Shown here: piece by piece, positions 18,288 through 20,000 of the stretch | Layout: each line of letters starts with the position of its first letter | How positions within the stretch are numbered: position 1 is the stretch's first letter | Source of the DNA: an uncultured virus (IMG/VR IMGVR_UViG_3300010352_001343) | Lineage: Duplodnaviria; Heunggongvirae; Uroviricota; Caudoviricetes | IMG/VR virus record: IMGVR_UViG_3300010352_001343 | Strand: one strand, 5' to 3' | DNA length: 20,000 nucleotides | The notes under the pieces: generated by a model | The model's input: the letters and a program-made list of their open reading frames with translations, nothing else | Databases searched by the model: none | What the model was told of the DNA's origin: nothing | Position numbers and translations under genes: made by a program

Positions 18288-18761
18288 ATGGGTAAAGCAT
18301 ATTTAACAGACAAAGATTGGGCTAACTATAAACAGGTATTAAATGATTTTTTTAATAATGATATAGGATTACAACCAATCATTTGGCTAAAACACCAAGA
18401 TATACCACCAGAGTTTGGTGAGGACTCTAATACTTTTGTTAAAGTAGAATTAAATGGTTTACTACATTATAACTATATAAAGCTATGGCCATATAACCAA
18501 CCAAATACTACTGGTTCAGAAAACAATATGTATTTTGCAATGTACCTATCAAAGAGTTCTTTACGTGAACAAGGCCATTTAGTAAATGAATATATTGAAC
18601 TTAACCCAGAACAAGACAGATTTATAATAAATAACCAAGTATATAAACCATCAGGTGATTCAGATTTAGCTCAATCGAAAGATGAACCATTATGGGTATT
18701 TATTATATTGATTAGAGTAGATAAAGAAGAATCAGTTAAACTAATTAAACAATACTCTTAA
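18288..18761 (+). CDS. Probable head-closure/neck protein
   Basis: 157 aa after the adaptor, with a D.F.IN..VY strand pattern resembling head-closure proteins. Largely a positional call. Confidence 0.55.
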   Translation: MGKAYLTDKDWANYKQVLNDFFNNDIGLQPIIWLKHQDIPPEFGEDSNTFVKVELNGLLHYNYIKLWPYNQPNTTGSENNMYFAMYLSKSSLREQGHLVNEYIELNPEQDRFIINNQVYKPSGDSDLAQSKDEPLWVFIILIRVDKEESVKLIKQYS

Positions 18762-18762
18762 T

Positions 18763-19020
18763 ATGACAATAACTATACCTTGGGGAGATGGCAGTGAAGA
18801 TAATTTTTATCTTGATTATACTGACCCAATAAACCCAATAGTGACTTCAGACCCAAATTTGAACCACGTTTCAAGAAGAAAGGTTATAAAATATACTACA
18901 AATCAAAATATCCCTAATGGAACTGTTTATTTGATTGTAGAGCAAAGATTTGATGGGTTAATTATACCTATCTTTGAAACAACAGTTCCAATCATAGATA
19001 ATACAGTATCTGGATTTTAA
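18763..19020 (+). CDS. Small BACON-like Ig-fold protein
   Basis: The W...V...PN....SR...I.......V.LIVEQ pattern resembles the BACON N-R-Q signature. Confidence 0.45.
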   Translation: MTITIPWGDGSEDNFYLDYTDPINPIVTSDPNLNHVSRRKVIKYTTNQNIPNGTVYLIVEQRFDGLIIPIFETTVPIIDNTVSGF

Positions 19021-19031
19021 AACTTAAAAAC

Positions 19032-20000
19032 ATGGCAGGCGAATTAGTATATAAAGACATAGATGAATTTGTAGAAAAAAGTTCATTGGATGGTACAGAA
19101 TTTATAGCTGTATCAGCTACAGAAAAAATAAACTTATTAGAACAAATACAATTAAATATCCCCTCTACTGATATTACTACAACTTACCCATTACAACCAG
19201 GTGAATACTATAATTTAACTACTGCTGTAGCCCAAGTACAAGAGTCAGTTAAAAAACTAGGGATGGAAATTTCATTTGTTAGAAAAGTAGATGATGCTTT
19301 TTACCATGAAGTTTATAAATTCGTTGGACAAGCCTTAAGTGAGTTCGATGATACTTCTAAATGGAAACTACAACAAAGTTATGAATATGGAAATTTCTTA
19401 GACTATTATAGAGAACTTTTCTTCGGCAGTTCAGATACAATAGAAGTATCACCAATAGGCAAGGGGCAACTTGATATGGATGTACCTAATGAATATCCAG
19501 TAGAACATCGCTTTGATTTTAAGAATTTTGATAAATACCTTTATATACCACATGGTTTTATAATTAAAACCCAACTAGTATTAAAATCACTAAATGGGCG
19601 AGCTTATTTATCAAGAGTAAATCTTTTTTTAAATACTACTAATATCCAAGACCTTAGTGATTTACAAGAGGATGGTGCTGTAAAGTTTCCATCAGGAAGT
19701 ATACAACAAAAAGCTTATATAAGCCTTTATAAATCAGAAATTTTTATAAAACCAGGTGATACCCTGAGTTTCATGTTAGTTTTTGGTAAAGCCGAATCAG
19801 GCACTGACATTGTATCACTAATACAAACTACTACCATCCCAGCTATGGTATCTTTTTTTGATAAAACTTACTTTAGAGATTTAATAAAAAGACAATCACC
19901 AGCTCAGATGACTGCTACTGGGTTTATGTTAAATAATTGTTTATTAGAACCAAATCAATTATACTTTGACTTAAGCGGCTATTCTAACCTATTGGGTAAT
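19032..20000 (+). CDS. Virion fibre/structural protein, 3' end outside the window (at least 323 aa)
   Basis: Not in the ORF track because it has no stop in the window. Manually checked open from ATG 19032: MAGELVYKDIDEF...YPLQPGEYYNLTTAVAQV...KLGMEISF...YKFVG...SKWK. This module resembles N-terminal repeats of Bacteroidota phage fibre proteins. Confidence 0.75.
   Translation, partial: MAGELVYKDIDEFVEKSSLDGTEFIAVSATEKINLLEQIQLNIPSTDITTTYPLQPGEYYNLTTAVAQVQESVKKLGMEISFVRKVDDAFYHEVYKFVGQALSEFDDTSKWKLQQSYEYGNFLDYYRELFFGSSDTIEVSPIGKGQLDMDVPNEYPVEHRFDFKNFDKYLYIPHGFIIKTQLVLKSLNGRAYLSRVNLFLNTTNIQDLSDLQEDGAVKFPSGSIQQKAYISLYKSEIFIKPGDTLSFMLVFGKAESGTDIVSLIQTTTIPAMVSFFDKTYFRDLIKRQSPAQMTATGFMLNNCLLEPNQLYFDLSGYSNLLGN

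Noticed and set aside
19032..20000. Diversity-generating retroelement target suggested by the GNA-loop hairpins and a fibre gene
   Set aside because: No reverse transcriptase or TR/VR repeat pair is visible, and the hairpins are 10 kb from the fibre gene rather than at its 3' end.

Overview
AT-rich (~30% GC by eye) segment of a tailed dsDNA phage (Caudoviricetes). The host is most likely Bacteroidota, judged from AT-rich starts mostly lacking Shine-Dalgarno sites, a BACON-like protein and a PKD-domain virion protein. The left arm (1-7475, minus strand) holds small hypothetical and membrane genes, an acyl carrier protein, a predicted lipoprotein, a DUF3310/T7 gp1.7-like protein, ThyX and an NAD-dependent DNA ligase. 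The right arm (7572-20000, plus strand) holds a C5 cytosine methyltransferase, a striking non-coding hairpin cluster, a membrane protein and the head module: large terminase split by an HNH-carrying intein, portal, protease/scaffold, decoration protein, major capsid protein, head-completion proteins and a truncated fibre-like gene. The most unusual signals are (1) two abutting perfect 10-bp hairpins with identical C-GTA-G triloops beside an 80-nt A tract (8627-8845), (2) the NUMOD4-HNH intein with a Lys-Asn/Thr junction, (3) a switch-like GC-rich element after the ACP gene, (4) a repeated 28-nt promoter-like motif, (5) a terminator hidden inside a CDS and (6) a gene bracketed by a duplicated start region. 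All calls come from reading motifs by eye; no database searches were run.
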